Assembly: GCF_009914755.1 (NCBI RefSeq) | Contig: NC_060931.1 | Source: the human T2T-CHM13v2.0 reference genome, Homo sapiens | DNA length: 64,000 nucleotides | Strand: one strand, 5' to 3' | Part shown: positions 52,721 through 64,000 of the stretch, one piece after another | How the letters are laid out: each line of letters begins with the position of its first letter | Position numbering within the stretch: position 1 is the first letter of the stretch | Notes under the pieces: model-generated | The model's database searches: none | Told to the model about the DNA's origin: nothing | The model's input: only the letters and a program-made list of their open reading frames with translations | Made by a program: the position numbers and the translations under genes

Positions 52721-53140
52721 CCTGGACACACAGACACCAGGCCCCTGGACACATAGGCTCCCGACCCCCTGGATACACAAACACCTGACCCCCTGGACAC
52801 ACAGGCTCCTGACCCCCGGACACACAGACCCCTGAGCCCCTAGACATACAGGCACCTGGCCCCCTGGACACAGAGGCTCCCGACCCCCTAGACATACAGG
52901 CTCCCGGCCCCCTGGACACACAGGCCCCTGACCCCCTGGACACACAGGCCCCTGACCCCCTGGACACACAGACCCCTGACCCCTGGACACACAGACCCCT
53001 GAGCCCCTGGACATACAGGCTCCCGGCCCCCTAGACACACAGGCTCCCGACCCCCTGGACACACAGACCCCTGACCCCTGGACACACAGACCCCTGAGCC
53101 CCTGGACATACAGGCTCCCGGCCCCCTGGACACACAGGCA
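52721..53140 (+). repeat. GC-rich minisatellite, ~23-25 bp unit (CCCCTGGACACACAGRCYCCYGRC), about 17-18 copies
   Basis: Seen directly. Confidence 0.95.
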
Positions 53141-54040
53141 CTGCGCCCCCCTGCTCCAGAGGCTGAAGGGCGGCTGCTGATAAGGGAAGTCGCCCATAGG
53201 TCCCTGGTGTCCCGTTCCTGGCTCACACAGGAGATGCTTCTGCAGGTGCCTGTGGCTCCTGGAGTCAGTGACCCCCACCCACTGAGAGTGCTCTAAGCGA
53301 GGATGTTTGCAGCTCCAGGAATGTGAAGACAACGTGTGTCTCCCCTCAGACATGGCAAAGGCAGAAACCAGCTGAGCCAACCCCCTGCCCCTGGCACACG
53401 CCCACATCCTGGCTGGGGGGCACTTGCAGGTACTCGTTGCTGCCCCAGTGGCTCCTGGGCAACTGTGGGTCCTTCCTGCTGGCCCTTGGCTAGATGAGAA
53501 TTTCTACCCATGTCCAAGATGGGTAGAAATGTACGTGGGTAGAAATTCTCTCAGGCCTTACTTATTGTAGGTGTGGGGCCTGGGGGGTGGGGATGGCATT
53601 GACTTTGGAACTACACAGACCTGGGTTCAAGTTCCTACTGTGTCCTTACCAGCTGTGGGACTTCAGCTTGCAATGCGCCCCACTTCTTCACATGCAGCAC
53701 AGGCACCCCCACCCCACAGGCCTGGCGCCCCGAAGCTCAGCTGCGATGCCATCAGTCACTGTCTCTTCTGAGAGTCCCCCAGACTTATGAGACCCTTGGG
53801 TGTGTCTGTGTGACTGCCTCCGACAGACTTGACAGTGGTGCATGCTTGTCACATGTCTCTCTTCTGTCAAGGTTCTGTAGTGTTTGCATGTGACTCCCTC
53901 AGTTCAATAACTTGCATTTTTCCGATGGCACAGTTACCCACCATTGCAGGTAAGGTTTCACTGCTTCTCTGTCTTCCTTCAAGTTACTCCATTTCCATTG
54001 TAAGAGGTTAACATAACTTTAACAGATTAGTTCTAGTTTA

Positions 54041-54614
<574 letters not shown>

Positions 54615-54849
54615 CTTTTTTGCTTTTGATTAGCACAACCATTTTTCACTAGTGAGACCTTAAAATAATATTTTACACTAATGTAAATATTTTGTAAGAA
54701 ACAAGTCAAATATTACCCCTGGTAAAATTGCTTAAGGTCGTGTCTGTGTGAAGAGAGAGAGGGAGAGAGAGATTGAGATTCCTGGCACACAGTTGGAATC
54801 TCAGTTAAAGTTAGCTTCCCTGTGAACCTGGTATCTATACAACAAAGAG

Positions 54850-55130
54850 GGGTGCATCTCTCAGAACCCCAGAAGACATACAATTGTGCACTGCAGCTCT
54901 ATTCGTTATTGTCAAAATCTGGAAACCGACCAAATATTCATGGACGAACAAGAAAAGCTAAGTACCGTACGATTCCATTTGCATGAAGTATAAAAAGACG
55001 CAAAACTAATCTCTGGTGATAAGAGAGACTAGCAGTTACTTGTGGGGGAAGGGAGTGGGCGTTGACTGGGAGGGGGCCACAGCGGGGAACCTCTGGGGAG
55101 CTGGAAATGGTCTAGGTCTTGAACTCAAAC
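54850..55130 (+). mobile_element. Old L1M 3'-end fragment
   Basis: gattccatttgcatgaagt...caaaactaatct...ttgactgggaggggg...ctctggggagctggaaatg. Confidence 0.65.
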
Positions 55131-56499
55131 CATGGCAGGAACATTTACACCACAGAAATTATCAAACACAAATCAACCCCCGGCTCCCCACCGTCGCCAA
55201 TGGAGCCGAGGCTTAAGACATTTGCAAATTTACCACCGATTTCTAGAAATGTAAATAGTGGAGTTCATTTAAGATTTGTGCGCTTTGGTGTGGACGTTTT
55301 ACCCTAGTAAACGTTAAACACTGGCAGTAGGCTTTCCATAGACTACCTGTCACCAGCTTTCCTTTGCCAGTCTTCAACCTGCGGCTCCAGGGGCACCCGC
55401 CGCACTCCACCGACTCCCATCCACCGCTCACCATCCACCGATTCCCATCTCTTCATTCTCTGCACCAGGTGCCCTCAGACATCACTGGGCGCCCTAGGGC
55501 ATCTCAAAGCCATGTTTGGAACTCCTGCAGGAAGCCCTCCCTCCTCCTCCTCCTTCCTTCCATCCAGGGGTCTTCTCGGGGCTTATCCCTTCAAGGCCTA
55601 ACCTTGACCCACCCTATCTACGCAACATTGATTCCCACCCCTACCCTATTCCCCAGAACCTTCAGCAGTGCCTAGCGCAGCTAGGACTCAATCATCGCTT
55701 GTCCACTTAATGAATGACTCTTGGCACAAATTTCCTCGTCCTTTTCTGCCCCAGACAGACACCCCACAAACATGAAGTTACCCTTGATTTTTCCACTTTC
55801 TTCCTCCTGCCTGCAAATTCCTCAATCACAGGTGGTGCAAATCCTACCTCTAAATGGTACTGAATCTGCCTACTTTCGGGGCAACCTCCCTTACCTGGAC
55901 CACAACTGCACCAGCCTCCTTTCTCCCTCAGGAGCTTCCCAATCCATTATCTCCCCTGCGGCCAGAGATCAGTTTCCTCCTGGGGTGCATTTAAGCCATA
56001 GGAAGCAGATCGCTACCCTAGGCCCGTCCCTCCCCACCCCTTGGTCTGGACACCCTCTGGGCTCATCTTAGGCCGCAGTCGCCGAAGCCTTCCTCCTCCG
56101 GTTGGACCCCCAACCAGGTCAGGCTGTCATAGCGTTTATCATGACGCTGGCGTGTCGCCCTGTGTCCCTCGGCCGTCTGCAGGATGGCAAACTTATGGCC
56201 AGGGCCCAGCACATTTGGGCACCCAACACATCCGTTAGAATGAACAGAAACTTCCCCTCTCCGAGCCTGTGGCCTCATCTGTAAAACAGAGATCGCGAGA
56301 TCCCATGAATACCGTGGGGATTGAATAAGGGATTTTTTCGTTTCAAGCAGCAGGAACAGCGCGGGATGGGTGCTCAATAAATGGGAGCTCAAAAAATCCC
56401 CAAAACTGCCCAGAGCCGCGGCTATTCCTTGCAAACTGCTGGACACTGCTGGGCTCAGCCCACAAGTGTCGGAGTTTGCATCAGATTTTCAGGTCGTAC

Positions 56500-57100
56500 T
56501 TAGCAAAGGGACTCCCGCACGACAAAGCTGTTTACGAAACAGAAACCAGAACTGGGGCAGTGACACTTTGGGGCCAGCAATGCCCTCTCCCAAAGCCCCA
56601 GGCGCCCAATTTCCGCCGAAATGCTTTCCGGGGTCGAAGGGCGCCGGGGCTCCAGAGTGCCGAGGTTCCGGGGTCGCGCGATTCCGCAGCTCCCAGGCGC
56701 CGACCCGGACCCCCGGCCGCGGCACCTACGCCCCGCCCCAGTCGCTCCACGCCAAAGCCCATTGGTCGGCAACCTGTCCCTCCTGCTCATGTGATGCGGC
56801 ACGTGACGCAGCCACGTAAGGCCGCTGCGCTCACGTGACGCGGTCCCGGAAGTTGACCGGGGTGCGGAGCTCCTGGGCTGCAGCTCCTGGAGTTTCCGAG
56901 GTTCGTGCGCGTCTGGTGGCGGCGGCGTGATGTTCTCGGCAGGAGCGGAGAGTTTGCTCCACCAGGCCAGGTACGGGGGAGCTGCGGCCCCGGCCCTCCT
57001 TCCTGCATCTCTCCCTAGGGGCACACGGGGGTGGGTCTCACAGGGCAGGGGCTTGGGCGCCAGCCTTGCAGGAACCCGACTGGACTCGCCCTCGAGACTT
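56500..57100 (+). promoter_or_regulatory. AP5Z1: AP5Z1 CpG-island promoter: GC box (~56730-56739), inverted CCAAT (56761-56765), E-box/CLEAR cluster (56787-56839), ETS CCGGAAGT (56846-56853)
   Basis: High CpG density and motifs read directly upstream of the ATG at 56930. Confidence 0.88.
56930..56970 (+). CDS. AP5Z1: AP5Z1 coding exon 1 (41 coding nt), AP-5 complex subunit zeta-1 (SPG48)
   Basis: ATG 56930; MFSAGAESLLHQA(R); CAG|gtacgg donor. Confidence 0.93.
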
Positions 57101-57766
57101 GGGGATCGGGTAAGGCAACACGGCGGCCAGGCTTGGGGTGAGGAGGTCGGGGAGGGTCATGGTGGGTCCCCGGAGGAGGTGACACTTGAGCAGAGTCTTG
57201 GTGAGTGAAAGCAAGTGGGGTGGGACCCAGTCGACAGTTTAGTCAAAGGCTTGGCGGTGAGAACTCCGCGTCTGGCAGGAAATCGGGCAGCCGGGAGATT
57301 TCAGTGCCTCACAGTCAAGAACGCAAAGTCACAGTGTCCGGAGGCCTGCTAAGGAATAAGGCTGTGTGCCAGGCTGGGGAGCTGGAGGCCATCCGAGGGC
57401 TTTGCGGAACCGTGGGAGGGTTTTGTGACTTAAAAAGATCTCTCTTGCGCGGATGTATTAGCTAGGCTGAGAAATCACCCTCCAGGCTGGTTTCAGGCTG
57501 TGTCTGGACTCCCAGTAACGAGTGAGTAGCTCCTTCCTCACCAACTAACCAGTCATGGGGGAAAACAGTGTAAGCCAGGACTGAACAGACTCACGGTCCA
57601 CCAAACAGGCAAAGACTTCATACTACATGTTTAAAAGAAGAAAATGCTGACCGGGCGTGGTGGCTCACGCCTGTAATCCCACCACTTTGGGAGGCCAAGG
57701 CAGGCGGATCACCTGAGGTCAGGAGTTCGAGACCAGCGTGCCCAACATGAGGAAACCACGTCTCTA

Positions 57767-58150
<384 letters not shown>

Positions 58151-58526
58151 TCAGAGCTAGACCAATTGGTGGGAAAGATTCGGGTGGTTGAAATTGCTGT
58201 GATTATAGTGAGTGAGGTCTTGAAGGCAGGTTAAGTTCTAAAGCCCGAACAGGACAAAAATCTCTGATCAAAATAACCCTTAAGAGTCCACTCATTAGGA
58301 AGAGGCTTGGTGAATATGCAGCACCATCTCCCAGCAGCTCAACATAGGCAACCTTCCCTTCAATCCTGGACAGATATGTCATTCATGTGAATGTGGGGAC
58401 TATATGAAAATGAAAAATACTGGCATCTCAGCATGTAACATGTTAATCCCAAGGTCCTTGCCAAGAGACAAGGAAAAACACCCACTGAGAACTTCATTCC
58501 CAGTCACATTCTGCTCAAGGTCATAA

Positions 58527-58832
<306 letters not shown>

Positions 58833-59910
58833 TGATCCGCCTGACTCGGCCCCTCGAAGTGCCGGGATTACAGGTGTGAGCCACCATACCCGGCTGAGCC
58901 CTCACTATTTAAATACCTGTTTCTCTGCCTCCCTGGCTCGGGTGGGCAGCCGTTTTTGAGGATAGAGTGTGGTTGAATTTCCCTATGTAACATACATGAG
59001 TTCTGCAGTTGCCCTCTGTTAGGGTTTCAAGAAGGTTAATCTATTAGGGCTTACCAGTTTTCACAATATTCTTAAGCCTGTGATTTCTGATGATATTTTA
59101 AAATAAATGACTGTAGTTTGAGGGTTAAGGTTTGGAGCCGGCCAGGCGCAGTGACTGGCCCACGCCTGTAATCCGAACACTTCGGGAGGCCGAGTTAGGA
59201 GGATCGCTTGAGGCTAGGACTTTGAGACCAGCCTGGACAACATAGCGAGACCCGTCTCTACAAAACAGAATTTTTAAAAAACTTAGCCAGGTGTGGTGGC
59301 ACGTACCCATAGTCACAGCTACTCAGGAGGCTGAGGCAGGAGGATCACTTGAGCCAAGGAGGTTGAGGCTGCGGTAAGCTATGATGGTGCCACTGCACTC
59401 CAGCTCGGGTGACAGAGGGAGACCCTGTCTCCAAAGAAAGCCAAAAAGATTTGGAGTGAACTTTAGTTTCTCTCTAAATGTGTCAGAGATACGGAAAGCA
59501 AGGGTGCAAAAAGTGATCAAAGATAGCGCTGCAAGCTGAAGGATAAATGGAGAGAGCGGGAAGCGAGTAAAGGATGGGGGCATGGAGGGGTGCCCCGCAA
59601 GGTCGGGGATTTCCAGGAGGAAGAGCCTCAGCCCACTAGCTCGGGAGCTAGTGGGGCATGTATCAGGCACAGGGTCTGTGCGAAGGGACAGAAGCAAAAG
59701 AAACAGGACATGGAGTCTGGAGAAGGAAGGCGGGGCCGGGCTCTTGGAGGCAGCGTTGGGGTCTGTAGGAGTTTGGATTTGAAAGCAGTGGGGAGCTGTT
59801 GAAGGGTTTGGGTGGGTTGGATTTTAGAGAGAAGCTTGAGACTTGGAGAATATGCTGAAGGGAATTTAATCGGGATGAGGGGTTCCACCTTTCTGGGAAA
59901 GATTTTCCAT

Positions 59911-60690
59911 TGTGTGTATATATGTATATGTGTGTATATATAATTTATATATAACATTTTATATATTATATATTACATATATATTTAGTAATATATAATA
60001 TAATTATATGTTATATATTATATGTTATATTATATATCATTATATATAATATATAATGATATATAATATTTTATATATAATCAAAAAAAGAATAAAAAAA
60101 ATTCACTGGGCTTAGTGTAGTCCCAGCTACTTGAAAGGCTGAGGTGGGAGAACTGCTTGAGCTAGAAGATCAGGCTGCAGTGAGCTGAGATTATGCCACT
60201 GCACTCCAGCCTGGGTGACAGCATAAGACTCTATCTCAAAAAATATATATATAGATAGATAGATAGATATAAAAATATATTTTTATATGTAATATATATA
60301 AAATATATATTATATACATTTTTGAGATAGAGCATATTATATATTATATATAACATATATAACAACTATATAACATATATAACATAACATATATAACAAC
60401 ATAATATATAGCATATATTATGTATAACATATATTAGATATAACATATATAACATTAGAAATAATGTATATAACATAACATAACGTATATAACGCATATA
60501 ACAACATATATAACGTATATAACATAACACGTTATATATGATATATAACATATAACATGTTATATATCATAACGTGTTATATGTCATATAACATGATTAT
60601 TATATATCATATATAACATGATAACATATATATCATATATAACATATATAACATTATATATAACATATATATTATATTATATATATATAT
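59911..60690. repeat. AT-rich low-complexity (TA)n/(TATAACA)n region with internal palindromes
   Basis: Seen directly. Confidence 0.95.
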
Positions 60691-60866
60691 TTTTTTTTGA
60701 AGTAGAGTCTTACTCTGTCACCCAGGCTGGAGTGCAGTGGCACAATCTCAGCTCACTGCAGCCTGATCTTCCAGCTCAAGCAGTTCTCCCACCTCAGCCT
60801 TTCAAGTGGCTGGGACTACACCATGCCCAGTGAATTTTTTTTATTTTTATTTTTTTTTGTTTTTGA

Positions 60867-60971
<105 letters not shown>

Positions 60972-61768
60972 TGAGTAGCTGGGATTACAGGCTTGTGCCA
61001 CCACGCCCAGCTATTTTTTTTTGTATTTTTAGTAGAAACGGGGTTTCTCCATGTTAGCCAGCTGGTCTTGAACTCCTGACCTCAGGTGATCAGCCCGCCT
61101 CGGCCTCCCAAAATGCTAGGATTACAGGTGTGAGCCACCGTGCGTGGCCGAATTTTTTTTATTCTTTTGTAGAGATGGGGTCTCACTGTTTTGCCCAGGA
61201 TGGTCTCAGACATCTGCACTCAACTCATCCTCCCACCTCAGCGTCCCAAAGTGCTGGGATTACAGGTGGCCTGGGGAGGGCACAGCCACGTAGGGGGCCC
61301 TTCTCAGGGAGTCCCCAGAGTCCCCTGGCACAGCAACCCCTTTGCGCATTATTGGTTCTTTCTTTTAGACTGGGATAGAAACCTAAAAACAGGCTTCCAT
61401 TTGGGACTTTTCAGTATCTTACCTGTGGCTTACTAGGGAGATTTTAAAATTAAGCCAATTAGTTATTCGAGTAAAAAAACATAATGGGCTTACCTTACAA
61501 TATGTCATGACATTTGTTCTTTAATATATAAGATTTTATTCTCAGGCCAGGCGTGGTGGCTCACGCTTGTCATCCCAGCACTTTGGGAGGCCGAGGTGGG
61601 CAGATCATGAGGTCAGGAGTTTTGAGACCAGCCTGGCCAACATGGTGAAACCCCGTCTCTACTAAAAATGCAAAAATTAGCCGGGCGTAGGCCAGGCGCG
61701 GTGGCTCACGCCTGTAATCCCAGCACTTTGGGAGGCCGAGGTGGGCAGATCACGATGTCAGGAGATCA

Positions 61769-61933
<165 letters not shown>

Positions 61934-62381
61934 CTATATTCCAGCCCGGGTGACAGAGCAAGACTCCATCTCGGGGAAAAAAAAAATTTATTCTTGTTTC
62001 CATAAGCAAAAGGCTCATTGAAGACATCTTTTGAAAGGCACCTTATTCTAGAGTAAATTTCCTACTCTTGAATGAGACCCCTAAAAAGAATCGGTTTTAG
62101 TCCTTCTGCCCTGGGAACAAGAAAATCTAAGTGCATGGGGCCTCCGTGAGTGAGATTCGTCATAGTGCGCTGCAGCGATGGATCGGGAAATCCCAGGGTG
62201 AGAGGAACCAGCTCAGGGAATCAGCGAATTTATCTCGAGAGCCATGAGCCGTGGAACCGTGTTCCTCCACACACTCGGCTTCTCTTTTCTAAAGAGGGAT
62301 TTTCCCTGCTCCAAGGGTTATCCTTTTTTTGGTTCCGAGCAGCGAGTGCTTCTGGGTCCTGAAGTCCTCTTCTTTGTTTAG

Positions 62382-62519
62382 GGAGATCCAGGACGAGGAG
62401 CTGAAGAAGTTCTGTTCCCGGATCTGTAAACTGCTGCAGGCGGAGGACTTGGGGCCGGACACCCTCGACTCCCTGCAGAGGCTCTTCCTCATCATCTCAG
62501 CCACGAAGTACAGCCGGAG
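62382..62519 (+). CDS. AP5Z1: AP5Z1 coding exon 2 (138 nt)
   Basis: tctttgtttag| ... AG|gtgagt; EIQDEELKKFCSRICKLLQAEDLGPDTLDSLQRLFLIISATKYSR; phase matches exon 1. Confidence 0.95.
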
Positions 62520-62774
62520 GTGAGTGTGGCGACGGCTCAGGCCGGCTCCTCACACAGCGGCCCCAGGAGAACCCAGCCCACGCCCAGCAGGTCACTGCAG
62601 ATGCTCCTTGGGGGTTGAGTCATTTGTCCACTTAAACCAGTGCTGAAGGTCCATCCTCATGTAAAATGCTCTGTCCACTGGCCCAAGGGTGCCCGGCCAG
62701 GTGCTCTGGGGCACCGGGTGCTCCTGCCACGGTCGTGACGTGTTACCGCCCACCACGGGCATCTCGCCTTCCAG

Positions 62775-62961
62775 GCTGGAGAAGACATGCGTAGACCTGC
62801 TGCAGGCCACCCTCGGCCTGCCTGCATGCCCCGAGCAGCTCCAGGTGCTTTGCGCCGCCATCCTGCGAGAGATGTCCCCCTCTGACAGCCTCAGCCTGGC
62901 CTGGGACCACACGCAGAACAGCCGGCAGCTGAGCCTGGTGGCCTCCGTTCTCTTGGCCCAG
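62775..62961 (+). CDS. AP5Z1: AP5Z1 coding exon 3 (187 nt); gene continues beyond the window
   Basis: ccttccag| ... CAG|gtagcg; LEKTCVDLLQATLGLPACPEQLQVLCAAILREMSPSDSLSLAWDHTQNSRQLSLVASVLLAQ. Confidence 0.95.
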
Positions 62962-64000
62962 GTAGCGCAGCAGTCACCACCCCAGTTGGCACCGGATGGC
63001 TGCTTCCCAAGGAACAGGGGAGACAGGAAGCAGGGGCGCCAGAGCCGGCAGGTGGCTGCTTGTTGTAGACGCATCTCGGTGCTGAGTGCCTGGCACACTT
63101 GAGGCTGGGGCATGCCCTGTTGACTGGAACGGGGTCCCATGCCCAGCAGGCCCACGTGGTATGTTGGTGCTCAGGAGAGGTGGTGGAGTTTGGTTTCTCA
63201 GACAGAGCCTTGAGACAGCGAGTCAGTGGAGGCTGGGCCTCCAGACCTTCTTTTTGGGGTTTTTGTTTTGTTTTTTAGAAACAGGGTCTCACTCTGCTGT
63301 CCAGTGTAGAGTGCCATGGAGTGATCAATGCTCACTGCAGCCTCGACCTCCCTGGCTCAAGCAATCCTCCCATCTCAGCCTCCTGAGTAGCTGGGATTAC
63401 AGGCATGCATCACCACACCCAGTTAATGTTTGTATTTTTTTGTAGGGACCTGGGGTCTCACTATGTTGCCCAGGCTGGTCTCAAACTTCTGGGCTCAAGC
63501 AATCCACCCTCCTTGGCCAGGAGTTTTTGCCAAGTCCATGTCCTCCCTCCCTCTGTGTCGGGAGCAGGCCTGGGCACTCAGCGTGGGGATCCAGGGGTTC
63601 ACAGGCTGCCTTTGTGTGAGAGAAGCTGCTATCTCTGCTCATGGGTTGCCCAGGGGTGCAGAGTCTGCAGGAAGGTTGCGATGGAGCTGGGCTTTTCCCT
63701 CCGTTCCCAGCCTGCAGCGTCATGAGTTGCCTCCTGTGCTGGGGTGCAGCCTGCGGTTGCTTTAGTTCTGTGTGGGCGAGAGCTTGTGGGCCCCGGCGTA
63801 CTCAGGGCGTTGTACTTCATCACTGGGGTCATCCTGGTTGGTGCCCAGCCCCCTCACCTCACAGACCTCCTGCAGGCCACCTCCAGGCCTCCGAGATGAC
63901 CCCGGTAATGCTGTGGTAGCTCCTGGCCTTTGGAACAAGATGACTCCGGCTCTTCTTGTTTGTTTCACCCGCCCTTCTCCTCAAGCAACTCATTTTTTTC

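Noticed and set aside
52721-53140. Regular repeats as a possible CRISPR-like array
   Set aside because: Units are contiguous variants of one another with no unique spacers
52620-53407. Minus-strand Cys/Gly-rich repetitive ORFs (255, 115 and 112 aa)
   Set aside because: They are translations of the minisatellite and are open in several frames, with no promoter or splice context
53496-53550. AATTTCTAC...GTAGA resembles a Cas12a crRNA direct repeat
   Set aside because: No repeat-spacer array, no cas genes and a human context; coincidental inverted repeat
60244-60690. Tyr/Ile-rich ORFs in the AT-rich tract
   Set aside because: Low-complexity (TA)n translation

Overview
Human (primate) Alu-dense genomic DNA from the FOXK1-AP5Z1 locus (7p22.1, recognised from the translated exons). 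On the + strand it holds the distal part of FOXK1 intron 1, coding exons 2-9 (end of the FHA region, forkhead domain, Ser/Pro-rich C-terminus; stop at 43672-43674) and a ~9 kb 3'UTR ending near AATAAA 52631. About 4.2 kb downstream lie the CpG-island promoter and coding exons 1-3 of AP5Z1 (AP-5 zeta, SPG48). Exon numbering assumes the known gene structure; FOXK1 exon 1 is outside the window. Almost all other ORFs in the track are Alu-, repeat- or GC-derived noise. There is no sign of a foreign gene or new protein system. The most interesting signals are RNA-level and structural hypotheses: a candidate TDP-43-repressed cryptic exon bracketed by UG repeats in FOXK1 intron 1; a 186-nt exon 2 between inverted Alus that would form a stop-free circular ORF; a stop-free 93-nt intron 6; a very young AluYc1-like insertion plus inverted Alus in the 3'UTR; a CLEAR/E-box cluster plus forkhead site in the AP5Z1 promoter; and a nested AT-rich palindrome with an inverted duplication in AP5Z1 intron 1. 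Repeat boundaries and subfamilies were called by eye and are approximate.
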